Of a stretch of DNA of 64,000 nt, positions 18,379 to 27,726 are shown piece after piece. The position numbers and the translations under genes are program-made. The notes below the pieces were generated by a model. The model did not search any database. It was not told the DNA's origin and was given only the letters and a program-made list of their open reading frames with translations. The number at the start of each line of letters is the position of its first letter. Within the stretch, counting starts at the first letter, position 1. The stretch lies in contig OZ257156.1 in the NCBI GenBank assembly GCA_965279375.1, forward strand, positions 448,001-512,000. The letters are read 5' to 3'. This DNA is from Gemmatimonas sp. (GTDB lineage Bacteria; Gemmatimonadota; Gemmatimonadetes; Gemmatimonadales; Gemmatimonadaceae).

Positions 18379-20358
18379 TTACATGACCGTGATCAGGTCC
18401 TGCAGCGCCTTCTTGAGCAGGTCCACCTTCTTGGAGTCGCAGCCACGATCGCGATCGAGATCCGACGAGATCTTGGTGAGCGCTGCCGTGCGCGCCGCGC
18501 CCGACGCCTTTTCGGCGGTGGCGATCGACGAGCGAATTTCCGCGATACGCGGAGCTGCAACGCAGCCCTTACGCTCGAGCTGGTCCGTGTAGGCCTTGGC
18601 GAGCGAGAACGACGCCGGCCATTCGATCTTGGGCTGGCCCTGCGCGTTGAGGTACGTCCACTTCACCGTCTTGGCCGCATCCAGCTCGTTCTGCGAGATG
18701 TGCTCGCTCGGCAGCAGCTCCGCGACGTCGAGACCACGCGCGATTTCCGAGCTGACGATCTGGCCGTTGTACCAGTACACCGACCACGAGCCGCCCATGA
18801 CCATGCGCGTCGAGTCAACCGGGCCGCGGTCGAACGAGGCGATTTCCTTCGGGTTCTTGGCGTCCGTCCAATCGAACACCGAGATGCCGCCCTGATACCA
18901 CGCCTGCACCATCACGTCGCGGCCCGGGATCGGGACGAGCGAGCCGTTGTGCGCGACGCAGTTCTCGTTGGAGGACTGCACGGCCGGCAGCTTGTAGTAG
19001 CTCTCGAACTTGAGCTTCTTGTTGACGATCGAGAAGATCGCGTCAGCGCCCCACTCCGGCTTGTCGCCGGCGCGGCACTTGGGCGAACCACCACCGCCCC
19101 ACTCGTCCGAGAAGAGCAGCTTGGTGCCGTCGTTGTTGAACGTGGCCGAGTGCCAGTAGGCGAAGTTCGAGTCAGCCGCGGCATCGAGGCGCACCGGGTT
19201 GACCGGATCGCTGATGTCGAGAAGGAGACCATGGCCCTCGCAGGCGCCGCCGGCCAGGCCGAGCGCCGGGTAGACCGTGATGTCGTGGCACTGCGAGCGA
19301 TCGGAGACCGGCGCGTTCGGCGAGGACGGGGCCGCGGCGAACATGCGGTTAACCACGCCCTGCACCTGCACGCGGGCGATCGCCGAGTCGGCGGCCGTGG
19401 CCGTCGTGGCGCCACGCAGCTTCATGACGCTGTCGAGCACCGGGCGAACCAACTGCGGCGGGACGACCATGTCCATGCCGGACTGCGGGTTCTTGGCGAT
19501 GAAGCCGCCGCGAGCGCGAGCGGCCGCAACCTGCGCGGTGGCCGCTTCCTTGTCGGCGTCGGAGAGGCCGTGTGCCGGATTGGCCTTCAGGCCGGCGAAG
19601 ATATTGGCCTTACCAACGACTGCCGCCTTGGACGGATCGGCGAGGGGAACCTTGATGATCTCGATGCGCAGGCGCGACGAGCCTGGGTCATCACCGGCGA
19701 GGTTACCGGCGCAGCCAGCCAGTTCATTAGGCGAGCGGATGCCAGCAGAGCCGGAGACGTAGATGTAGACGTTCTGCTTGTCCTTCGGATCTTCGAGCAC
19801 CGTGTGCGTGTGCGAACCGCGGCACGTCTGCACGTTGGCGACCAGCTTGGGCGTCTTGATGTCCGTGATGTCGAAGACGCGCACGCCGCGGAAGCGGATC
19901 TTGCTGACCGTGTCGGCGACACCGCCGGGCATGCAGTCCACGCGGCCGTTGTTCGCTTCGGCCGACATGAACATCAGGTTCTTGTAGACCGAGATGTCGT
20001 TCTGCGAGGCCGGGCAGCTGTACGCCGTGACGAGCACCGGCTTGTTGGGATTGGAGACATCCCAGATCACCGGGCCGTTGTAGTTGCCCTGGATCGCGTA
20101 GTTACCCGTGAAGGCGAGGTCGGAGTTGGTGATGCCCAGGAAGCCCTGCGGCGACGCGGCCGTGGCCGTGAGCTTCATGTTCGACGACGCTTCGCCGGCG
20201 TTGAACAGACCGGCCTTCAGGTTGACGCGCGGGTCGGTGAGGCGGTTCGGCGCAGGCTGCGTGTTCGGCTTGGCGCCTGCGCACGCCGTCAGGGAGACGA
20301 GCGCTGCAACAGCCGCGACAGCGCGCACTCCGCGATGACGCGGTGAGGTGTGGGACAT
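18379..20358 (-). CDS. LVIVD-repeat beta-propeller lipoprotein
   Basis: Lipobox LTAC; repeated W/F-D-I/V-S/T-D/N-P strands; QNDISV, CRGSHTHT, CHDITV, WHSATF, DEWGGG, CVAHNG, WYQGG. Confidence 0.82.
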   Translation of the reverse strand: MSHTSPRHRGVRAVAAVAALVSLTACAGAKPNTQPAPNRLTDPRVNLKAGLFNAGEASSNMKLTATAASPQGFLGITNSDLAFTGNYAIQGNYNGPVIWDVSNPNKPVLVTAYSCPASQNDISVYKNLMFMSAEANNGRVDCMPGGVADTVSKIRFRGVRVFDITDIKTPKLVANVQTCRGSHTHTVLEDPKDKQNVYIYVSGSAGIRSPNELAGCAGNLAGDDPGSSRLRIEIIKVPLADPSKAAVVGKANIFAGLKANPAHGLSDADKEAATAQVAAARARGGFIAKNPQSGMDMVVPPQLVRPVLDSVMKLRGATTATAADSAIARVQVQGVVNRMFAAAPSSPNAPVSDRSQCHDITVYPALGLAGGACEGHGLLLDISDPVNPVRLDAAADSNFAYWHSATFNNDGTKLLFSDEWGGGGSPKCRAGDKPEWGADAIFSIVNKKLKFESYYKLPAVQSSNENCVAHNGSLVPIPGRDVMVQAWYQGGISVFDWTDAKNPKEIASFDRGPVDSTRMVMGGSWSVYWYNGQIVSSEIARGLDVAELLPSEHISQNELDAAKTVKWTYLNAQGQPKIEWPASFSLAKAYTDQLERKGCVAAPRIAEIRSSIATAEKASGAARTAALTKISSDLDRDRGCDSKKVDLLKKALQDLITVM

Positions 20359-20406
20359 GGAGTTTTCTCTACGTTGGCAAAGGTTCAACAGCACGAACTG
20401 GAGGCC

Positions 20407-21120
20407 TCAGTTCGCGGGTGGTACAAATCCCATCTCGAGCATCATGGTCAGCATGCGGCGGATTTCAGTGGACTGATCGACTTCCACATCCGCAGCGAAC
20501 TTGAAAATTGTTTCGTCCTGACCGGCGCCCTGTGCGCTGAACAGCGTGCGCACCATCGACACGGCGCCCTTGTGGTGCTGGATCATGTAGGTGAGAAACA
20601 GCCGATCGAACTCGGGGCCGCGGGAGGCATCGAGCTCCTTCATCTGGGCATCGGTCAGCATGCCGGGCATGGCGGGCATCGCGCCCATGCCGGCCATGCC
20701 AGCCATGTTCGACATGTCGTGGCCAGCCATGCTGTGTGCGGCGCCACCCATGGTGACGTTGCCCGCCGAGTCGACCACAGGGACGGTCTGGTTCCGGTCC
20801 TTGAGCCACGTCTGCATCAGGTTGATCTCGTCCGTCTGCGCATTGATGATGCGCGCCGTGAGACGCTGAACCGACGGACTGGCGCCACGCGTGGGCGCCC
20901 AGCGGGACATCGTGATCGCCTGCGCATGATGGTGAATCATGCCGGACATGAATTCGATATCAGCCTTCGTGTACGGGTAGCGGAGGCTGTCGGCGCGGGC
21001 GCGGGCAGTCGCGCCCTCCTGACCCATAACGAAAGCAGGCCCAGCCGGACGCGCACTGGCGCAGCCGACCAGACCGACGACGAGAGCGAGCCGCGCAGCG
21101 GCGGCAGCGATGGTGGTCAT
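20407..21120 (-). CDS. DUF305 (CopM-like) lipoprotein with Met/His-rich linker
   Basis: Lipobox LVGC; FMSGMIHHHAQAITMS, AQTDEI..MQTWL, FLTYMIQHHKGAVSM, DQSTEI. Start could be further upstream (21150). Confidence 0.88.
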   Translation of the reverse strand: MTTIAAAAARLALVVGLVGCASARPAGPAFVMGQEGATARARADSLRYPYTKADIEFMSGMIHHHAQAITMSRWAPTRGASPSVQRLTARIINAQTDEINLMQTWLKDRNQTVPVVDSAGNVTMGGAAHSMAGHDMSNMAGMAGMGAMPAMPGMLTDAQMKELDASRGPEFDRLFLTYMIQHHKGAVSMVRTLFSAQGAGQDETIFKFAADVEVDQSTEIRRMLTMMLEMGFVPPAN

Positions 21121-21304
21121 GCGTGTGGTCACGTTCGCAGGATTGGACAACCGCGGGAACGCGGAAGGTTGGTGGAGGCGCCGGATCTCTTGCCCGGCCG
21201 CCCCTTGGCCGGGAAATGTATGCGGCTCGCCGACTCTCGGGGATGCCCGTCTTACCGTCGAGCTCGCCCGTTTGTCCCAACTTCACGGGTGACCCCGCCG
21301 CGAC

Positions 21305-22873
21305 TCAGCGCGCGCCGCCCACCCGAATCGCCTCGAGATCGAGCTCCTGCTCCAGGTCCCGGAGCACCTCGTCGGAGATGGCGCCCTCGTTGCGCAGCCG
21401 CACCAGAATCCGCCGTTCGGCGTTGATCATCCCCGAGCGAAGCCGCTTCCGCACATGCGTCCCGCCGCCGTGCTCGTTGTGCATGGCCATCTTGTCGCGC
21501 AGCTCCGCTCGCAGCCACTCCACGTCGCGCGGCTCTGCCCACGACTCGCGCGACAGGTCGTCCAGCGCTTCGGCCCCACGGCGCAACGCCTCGCGGCGCG
21601 CAAGGCGCTCTTCCTCTTCGTGCGCGTGCTCTGGCGCAAAGTTGAACGCGCGGATGATCGGCTCGAGGGTCAGCCCCTGCACCACGAGCGTCATCACGAT
21701 GACGACCATCGTGATCAGGATGACTTCGGTGCGAAACGGGAACGCCGTGCCGTTGGCCAGCGTGAGCGGCAACGCCAGTGCTGTGGCCAGCGAGACGATG
21801 CCTCGCATGCTCGTCCACGCCACGAGCGCCACGGCCTTGGGGCGCGGCGGCGCCTCTGTCCGGCGCACTTCCTTGTTGATCATGCGCGGCAACCAAGTCG
21901 CGATCGGCACCCACACCAATCGCACCACGATCGCCACCACACTGAGAATCGCTCCGGTCCAGATCAGCGGCCACAACGTCGTGTTCGGTACCGACTGCAG
22001 CAACGCGCCAAACTGGGCGCCCAGCAGCAGGAAGATCATCGCGTTGAGCAGAAAGACGAGCAGATCCCACACCGCGCGCGTTTGCAGGCGCGACATCGGC
22101 CCGACGGCCAACGACAGATGCTGCCGCAGGTACAACCCACCAGCGACGCAGGCGAGTACGGCGGAGACATGCACCGTTTCCGCCGCAATCCACGCCACGT
22201 ACGGTCCCGCGAGCGTCAGCAACGCCTCGGCCAACGAATCCTTGGTGCGACGCGCGGCGAGAATGATCAGCCACGCCACGAGCAGGCCGATCATCGCGCC
22301 CACGCCCGCATCGATGAAGAAGCGGACGATCGATTCACCCCAACTGAATGCGCCCGTGACCGCGGCCGCTACAGCCGTGCGATAGAGCACCAGCGCAGAC
22401 GCGTCATTCACGAGACTCTCACCCTCGAGAATCACGATCACGCGACGAGGCACGGGCAGTCGGGAGACGATCGCGGCGGCAGCGACCGCGTCGGGTGGCG
22501 AGACGATCGCGCCCAGCGCAACCGCCACCGCCCACGGCAGCCCGGGCATTAGCATTCGCGCCGCGACGGCGATCGCGATCGTGGTCGCCAGTACGAGTCC
22601 GATCGCGAGCAGACCGATCGGACGGAGGTTCGCCTTGAACTCGCGCATCGACGTGAAGAACGCCGCGGCCCACAGAATGGGCGGCAGGAACACGAAGAAC
22701 ACGAGATCGGGATCGAGCGCGGGGATCTCGACGCCGGGCACGAGCGTGACGAGCAACCCGGCGACGACCTGCAGAATGGGCGTGGGGATCGGCAGACGAC
22801 GCGCGAGCGCCGTCAACGCGATCACCAGCGCAGCAAATGCAATGGCAAAAATGACCGGCGGAAAATGCGGCAT
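21305..22873 (-). CDS. CPA1-family Na+/H+ antiporter (YjcE/NhaK-like)
   Basis: FLPPIL, GAIVSPPDAVA, LEGESLVNDA, MRGIVSLA, VVQGLTL, C-terminal ELDLE. Confidence 0.92.
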   Translation of the reverse strand: MPHFPPVIFAIAFAALVIALTALARRLPIPTPILQVVAGLLVTLVPGVEIPALDPDLVFFVFLPPILWAAAFFTSMREFKANLRPIGLLAIGLVLATTIAIAVAARMLMPGLPWAVAVALGAIVSPPDAVAAAAIVSRLPVPRRVIVILEGESLVNDASALVLYRTAVAAAVTGAFSWGESIVRFFIDAGVGAMIGLLVAWLIILAARRTKDSLAEALLTLAGPYVAWIAAETVHVSAVLACVAGGLYLRQHLSLAVGPMSRLQTRAVWDLLVFLLNAMIFLLLGAQFGALLQSVPNTTLWPLIWTGAILSVVAIVVRLVWVPIATWLPRMINKEVRRTEAPPRPKAVALVAWTSMRGIVSLATALALPLTLANGTAFPFRTEVILITMVVIVMTLVVQGLTLEPIIRAFNFAPEHAHEEEERLARREALRRGAEALDDLSRESWAEPRDVEWLRAELRDKMAMHNEHGGGTHVRKRLRSGMINAERRILVRLRNEGAISDEVLRDLEQELDLEAIRVGGAR

Positions 22874-23856
22874 TACTTCGGAAGCTTTCCGTTCAGCGAG
22901 TCATAAATGCGGCGCACGGCGATCGGCGCCTGCTGCTCGGCGAGAAACCACGATCCATACGCGCCCCACTGCGCCTGCTTGATGGCATCGTCGACCGACA
23001 GTCCCTTGGCGTGCAACGAGGTCACCTCGGCGATCACCGCCTGCAGCGACGCGCGGAAGGTCACGAGTTCCTCGCGCGAGACCGCGGCGTCTTCGATGAA
23101 GCCATGCCCCGGGATGTAGCGCTTGACGTTCATCGCGAGCGCGGCGTCCACGGTCTTCACCCATTCGTCGGGATAGGCCGAACGCATCGCTGGAAAGACG
23201 CGATTGAGGTAGGCCTCGCTCATGAAGAGGATCCCCTCGGACGGCACCTGCACCATCAGGTCGCCACCGGTGTGCGCGCGCCCGAGAAAGAGCACGTTCA
23301 CCGAAATGCCGCCGAGGTCGATCGTCTGTCGGTCGCTGGTCATCGCCGTGGGCGGAACGATCACCACGCGCGGTGGCTTGGCCGCAGCCGAATCGCGCAC
23401 GAGCTGCGCACGCGAGTTGGGGTGCACGATGTACGTGATGCCGGAGGGCAGCACGTTGTTTCCCGCCGTATGGTCGCCATGATCAGAGCCGACGACGTAC
23501 CACTTGATCGGAAGTGGCGTCACGGTGCGGATCTTGTCGAGCATCGTTTGCGTGGCTTCCGCACTCCCCTGCCCGTCGGCAATCAGCACGCCATCCCTGC
23601 CAACCACAAACAGGCTGACGGTGGTGAAGCCGGGTTGCCGGATCTCCTCATAGCCGTAGACCTTCGGCGCGAGTTGTACGATGCGCGGGAACGCGGACAG
23701 CGGCACACCACGGGCCGCGGGATCGGCGGTTCGCACTACCGATTGCGCTGGTGATTGTGCGACGAGCGGCGAGGAGACCGTGGGGAGCGCAGCGAGGAGT
23801 GCTGCCGCAAGCAGCAATGAGATCGCGCGAGGGGCGACAGGCAGAGAAGGGCGCAT
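22873..23856 (-). CDS. Secreted MBL-fold hydrolase (cyclase-like) with atypical metal motif
   Basis: VLIADG, GSDHGDHTAGN, GRAHTGGD, FMSE, PGHG; signal peptide. Confidence 0.82.
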   Translation of the reverse strand: MRPSLPVAPRAISLLLAAALLAALPTVSSPLVAQSPAQSVVRTADPAARGVPLSAFPRIVQLAPKVYGYEEIRQPGFTTVSLFVVGRDGVLIADGQGSAEATQTMLDKIRTVTPLPIKWYVVGSDHGDHTAGNNVLPSGITYIVHPNSRAQLVRDSAAAKPPRVVIVPPTAMTSDRQTIDLGGISVNVLFLGRAHTGGDLMVQVPSEGILFMSEAYLNRVFPAMRSAYPDEWVKTVDAALAMNVKRYIPGHGFIEDAAVSREELVTFRASLQAVIAEVTSLHAKGLSVDDAIKQAQWGAYGSWFLAEQQAPIAVRRIYDSLNGKLPK

Positions 23857-23942
23857 CCGTTCACGTTACCGCGCGTACAGAACCGATGCCAGCAGAGCGC
23901 AATGGAGCTTGCCGATCTGGAGTGGAGGCGGCATCGTCCCGC

Positions 23943-24875
23943 ATGCCATCACGAATCGTCATCGGTGCCAATGCGCACGCCGAGATCGCCGCGGCGCTGC
24001 GGCTGATCCGCCCTTCCCTCGAAATCCGAGGGAGCAAGTTCATGGACGTGTCCGCGGAGGATCTCGACTGGGCCGAGGTCTACATCGGATTCAAGCGTCC
24101 CCCGCTGCCGACGATGGGCAACGTACGCTGGGTGCACTGCACCGGCGCGGGCGTGGATTCGTGGTTCTCGCCGACGGAGCTATCGCGCGACATCCTGCTC
24201 ACGCGCAGTGCGGAGTTGTTTGGTGGCCAGATCGCGGAGTGGGCCCTCTCGCGCGCGTTGGCGATCACGCAGCAGCTCCTGGAGGTCGCAGACAGCCAAC
24301 GGCGCCGCGTATGGGAGCAGCGCGACATCGCGATGCTTCGCGGCACCAAGGCGCTGATCGTGGGCACGGGTGACATCGGCACGCAGATCGGCCGGGTCTT
24401 CCGCATGATGGGCTGCGAAGTATCAGGCGTGTCACGCAGCGGTTATGGCGACGCGACGGTGTTCTCGCGCGTCTCACCGGCCACGGAGCTGCCGAATCTC
24501 GTAGGCGACGCCGACTGGCTGATCGTCACGCTACCGCTCACGCGCGAAACGAAGCACCTGATCAACGAAGACGTGCTCTCGCGCTGCCGTGGTGCGGTGC
24601 TGATGAATTCGGGGCGTGGTGCGGTGGTGGACGAGTCGGTGCTGCCGCTTGCACTCGAGCAGGGCTGGCTACGTGCGATGGCACTGGACGTCTTCGAGAC
24701 GGAGCCGCTGCCTGCTGAGTCGCCGTTGTGGGATGATCCACGCGTACTCATCTCGCCACACATCTCGGGGCTCACCACCACGGCCGGCGTGGTCGAAGGT
24801 TTCTTCGAGTGCCTGCACGATGTCGAACGGGGCGTGGCGCCCAAGTGGGTTGTCGACCGGGAGAAACAGTACTGA
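23943..24875 (+). CDS. D-2-hydroxyacid dehydrogenase family protein
   Basis: GAGVD, GTGDIG, LPLTRET, NSGRG, LDVFETEPLP, SPHISG. Confidence 0.92.
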   Translation: MPSRIVIGANAHAEIAAALRLIRPSLEIRGSKFMDVSAEDLDWAEVYIGFKRPPLPTMGNVRWVHCTGAGVDSWFSPTELSRDILLTRSAELFGGQIAEWALSRALAITQQLLEVADSQRRRVWEQRDIAMLRGTKALIVGTGDIGTQIGRVFRMMGCEVSGVSRSGYGDATVFSRVSPATELPNLVGDADWLIVTLPLTRETKHLINEDVLSRCRGAVLMNSGRGAVVDESVLPLALEQGWLRAMALDVFETEPLPAESPLWDDPRVLISPHISGLTTTAGVVEGFFECLHDVERGVAPKWVVDREKQY

Positions 24876-24878
24876 CCT

Positions 24879-26117
24879 ATGCGCACTCTTCCTAACCAAC
24901 GGCGTCCACTGAGGACGATCCTCCGGCTGCTCGCGCCGCTCGCGTTGACCGGCGCGACGCTGCATGCGCAGGGCAAGCCGCGCGAGCACGATCTCAAGCT
25001 TCCCATCGGCGGCACACCGGGACGCAACAACGCCATCACCGATGTCGCTGGTGTCGAAGTCGGTCACACCACGCTGATCTCCGGCAGTGGCCCGCTCGTG
25101 CAGGGCACTGGTCCGATACGCACCGGCGTCACCATCGTGCACCCGCGCGGCAAGAACAATCCCGATCCGGTGTTCGGCTCGTGGTTTGCCCTCAACGGCA
25201 ACGGCGAGATGACCGGCACCACGTGGTTAACCGAGAGTGGCTTTCTCGAAGGACCGATCGGCATCACCAACACGCACAGCGTGGGCGTGGTGCGCGACGC
25301 GATCATCCAGTGGGAAGTTTCGCGCAAGACGGTATTGCAGCCGTGGTGGTTGCCGGTGGTCGCCGAGACGTACGATGGTGGCCTCAACGACATCAACGGC
25401 TTTCATGTGAAGCCGTCGCACGTGTTTGCGGCACTCGACAGCGCCAGCAGCGGCCCGGTGCGCGAAGGCGTGGTGGGCGGCGGCACGGGTATGGTGTGCC
25501 TTGGCTTCAAGGGCGGCATCGGCACCGCGTCGCGCGTGCTGACGGCTGCAGAAGGTGGCTACACCGTGGGCGTGCTGGTGCAGTGCAACTTCGGCTTGCG
25601 CCGCGACCTCCGCATCGCTGGCGTACCGGTGGGGGAAGAGATCACCGATCTCACGGCGTGCATCGCTGGCAGTGGACCGGTGTCCGCCGGTCGGCGACGT
25701 TGCGATGCGCCGACACCGCCGGGCAGCACCGACGAACCCGAACAGGGCTCCATCATTGTGGTGGTGGCGACGGACGCACCACTGCTGCCGCATCAGCTCA
25801 AGCGCGTGGCCACGCGCGTGGCGCTGGGCATCGGGCGACAGGGTGGATTTGGCGGCAACGGCTCGGGCGACATCTTCGTCGCCTTCTCCACCGCCAATCC
25901 CAAGACGTGGGCCGCTTCGGGCACAGCGCCGCTGCAGATGAGCAGCAACGATCGTCTCTCGGCGATCTTCAAGGCCACCGCGCAGGCGACGGAAGCAGCG
26001 ATCACGAATGCGCTGCTCGCTGCCGAAACCACCACCGGCGTGAATGACTTTCGCGTCTACGCGATGCCGGTGGACCGCATGCTGCAGGCGATGAAGAAGT
26101 ACGGCCGTATGCCCTAG
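24879..26117 (+). CDS. dmpA: DmpA/BapA-like P1 aminopeptidase (G|S autocleavage), secreted
   Basis: NAITDVAGVEVGHTT, NGNGEMTG, TNTHSVG, LPVVAETYDG.LNDI, QGSIIVVVATDAPL, GSGDIF. Confidence 0.88.
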   Translation: MRTLPNQRRPLRTILRLLAPLALTGATLHAQGKPREHDLKLPIGGTPGRNNAITDVAGVEVGHTTLISGSGPLVQGTGPIRTGVTIVHPRGKNNPDPVFGSWFALNGNGEMTGTTWLTESGFLEGPIGITNTHSVGVVRDAIIQWEVSRKTVLQPWWLPVVAETYDGGLNDINGFHVKPSHVFAALDSASSGPVREGVVGGGTGMVCLGFKGGIGTASRVLTAAEGGYTVGVLVQCNFGLRRDLRIAGVPVGEEITDLTACIAGSGPVSAGRRRCDAPTPPGSTDEPEQGSIIVVVATDAPLLPHQLKRVATRVALGIGRQGGFGGNGSGDIFVAFSTANPKTWAASGTAPLQMSSNDRLSAIFKATAQATEAAITNALLAAETTTGVNDFRVYAMPVDRMLQAMKKYGRMP

Positions 26118-26118
26118 C

Positions 26119-27561
26119 TCAGCGGCACCGCATCAGATCGACATCGGCCGTCGCGCCACGCTTGACCATCACGTTCACCGAGCGACTCGCGCCGCCCAGC
26201 GTGCACGTGACCTTCCACGACTCGGGCAGCCAATCCTGCGCGTGCTGGCTGGGGCGCACCGACGGATTCACGTGCCAGGCGAGCTGCGTCTTACCCTTTG
26301 GCATCGTGACTGACGACGTCAGCGCCATCGGGAACGTCAGCGGCGCGCCCTTGGTGCTGTCCGCGTTGATGACCGGCGACGTTTCCATCGTGAAGTTCTT
26401 CGCGATCGTGAGCTTGGCGCCGGACGGCGCGCGCACATTGAGCACCGAATGCAAGGCCGGGTTGGCCGCCGCGCCCAGCAAACGTAGAAAGCCCGCGCGC
26501 GCGCTCGATCCCGGATACGCGCCCGTGCCGTGGTACTGATCGATCACGAATGAGTACGCCGGATGAAACGACCGCTGTCCCGGCGCATTCTCGAAGGTGA
26601 AGGCGAAGGTGCCGGACGTGTAGTAGGCGGTCTCTTCGAGTGTTCCGCTGGCGACGTAGTAAATCTTGGGCCACGGACCGGCGGGCCACTTGAGATCGCC
26701 GCCGAGTGCCTGCGCGAGTGAGTCGTAGGGAACGACGTCGGCAGGGATGGGTTCTTCGGCCGCGCTGGGCACGCGCAGCACCTTCGCATCCGGCGTGTGG
26801 TTGCTGAGCGCAACCACGACCTGATTGGAAGTGAGCAGATCGCGCATGCTCTGAATCTCCGGCTCGGAGAATGGGCCTTCACCGCGCGAGCTGCCGCCCG
26901 ATACACCGATCGTCGCACCGCCGCCGCCCCAGAAGGCGCCGTAGTTGCGATTGAGGTCCACACCAGCGTTCACGTTGGAGGGCGCCGCGCACTCGGACCA
27001 CGTGGGCACTTTGCCCATCGCGATGCGGCAGCTCTTTCGCTTCTGCTCGTTGATGAGCGTGCGCGACATGTCGTAGCCGTCCGGATTGACCACCGGCACC
27101 ACGATGAAACGCACGCTGTCCAGCAGCGACGTGATGCGCGCGTCCGTACCATCGTTCTTGAGCACATCCCACACGAACTCCATCGTCAGCTCGACGGTGG
27201 GCCATTCGCGTGCGTGATGCAGTCCCGTCATGAGAAAGACCGGCTTCCCCGAACTCGCGTTCACGTCGTGCGAGATCTCGAGCCCCCACATCCGCTGCCC
27301 CAACAGCGAGCGATGCGAGAGTTCGAAGCGTTTGACGGTTGCCGGATAGAGCGAGGCGATCCTTTCGAGTTCGTTGTACGTCTCGCTGAGCGTTCGATAG
27401 GTCACCCGCCCGGTCGGAAGGGCGGACGGATACGGAATCGGCGCGGCAGCGGGCGCGGGCGGTGCGCCCTGCGCGTGAAGTGCGAGCGACGGCGCAGCGA
27501 CCGCCGCAAAGACGCCAGCAACGACGGCAGAGGCGACGCGCGAAAGAACGGACCGCCGCAT
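26119..27561 (-). CDS. Secreted M14 zinc carboxypeptidase
   Basis: HHAREW, VNPDGY, GVDLNRNY, PFSEPE, second His (SNHT), catalytic Glu (TFEN). Start uncertain (27561 or 27606). Confidence 0.88.
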   Translation of the reverse strand: MRRSVLSRVASAVVAGVFAAVAAPSLALHAQGAPPAPAAAPIPYPSALPTGRVTYRTLSETYNELERIASLYPATVKRFELSHRSLLGQRMWGLEISHDVNASSGKPVFLMTGLHHAREWPTVELTMEFVWDVLKNDGTDARITSLLDSVRFIVVPVVNPDGYDMSRTLINEQKRKSCRIAMGKVPTWSECAAPSNVNAGVDLNRNYGAFWGGGGATIGVSGGSSRGEGPFSEPEIQSMRDLLTSNQVVVALSNHTPDAKVLRVPSAAEEPIPADVVPYDSLAQALGGDLKWPAGPWPKIYYVASGTLEETAYYTSGTFAFTFENAPGQRSFHPAYSFVIDQYHGTGAYPGSSARAGFLRLLGAAANPALHSVLNVRAPSGAKLTIAKNFTMETSPVINADSTKGAPLTFPMALTSSVTMPKGKTQLAWHVNPSVRPSQHAQDWLPESWKVTCTLGGASRSVNVMVKRGATADVDLMRCR

Positions 27562-27643
27562 CGGCGGAGAATCGGAGGCGAGCAAGGAGATGGGAGACAT
27601 GCGCATACAATAACGCCTCCCTCTGTCGGGTGCGTGGCGACCA

Positions 27644-27680
27644 TCGCATACTCGTCGCATACTCGTCGCATACTCTTCGC
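27644..27680. repeat. 11-bp tandem direct repeat (about 3.4 copies) in a divergent intergenic region
   Basis: TCGCATACTCG TCGCATACTCG TCGCATACTCT TCGC. Confidence 0.9.
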
Positions 27681-27726
27681 GGCTGATCGGCCGAACCTCA
27701 TTCCTGTCATCCCAGGGCACTTTCTC

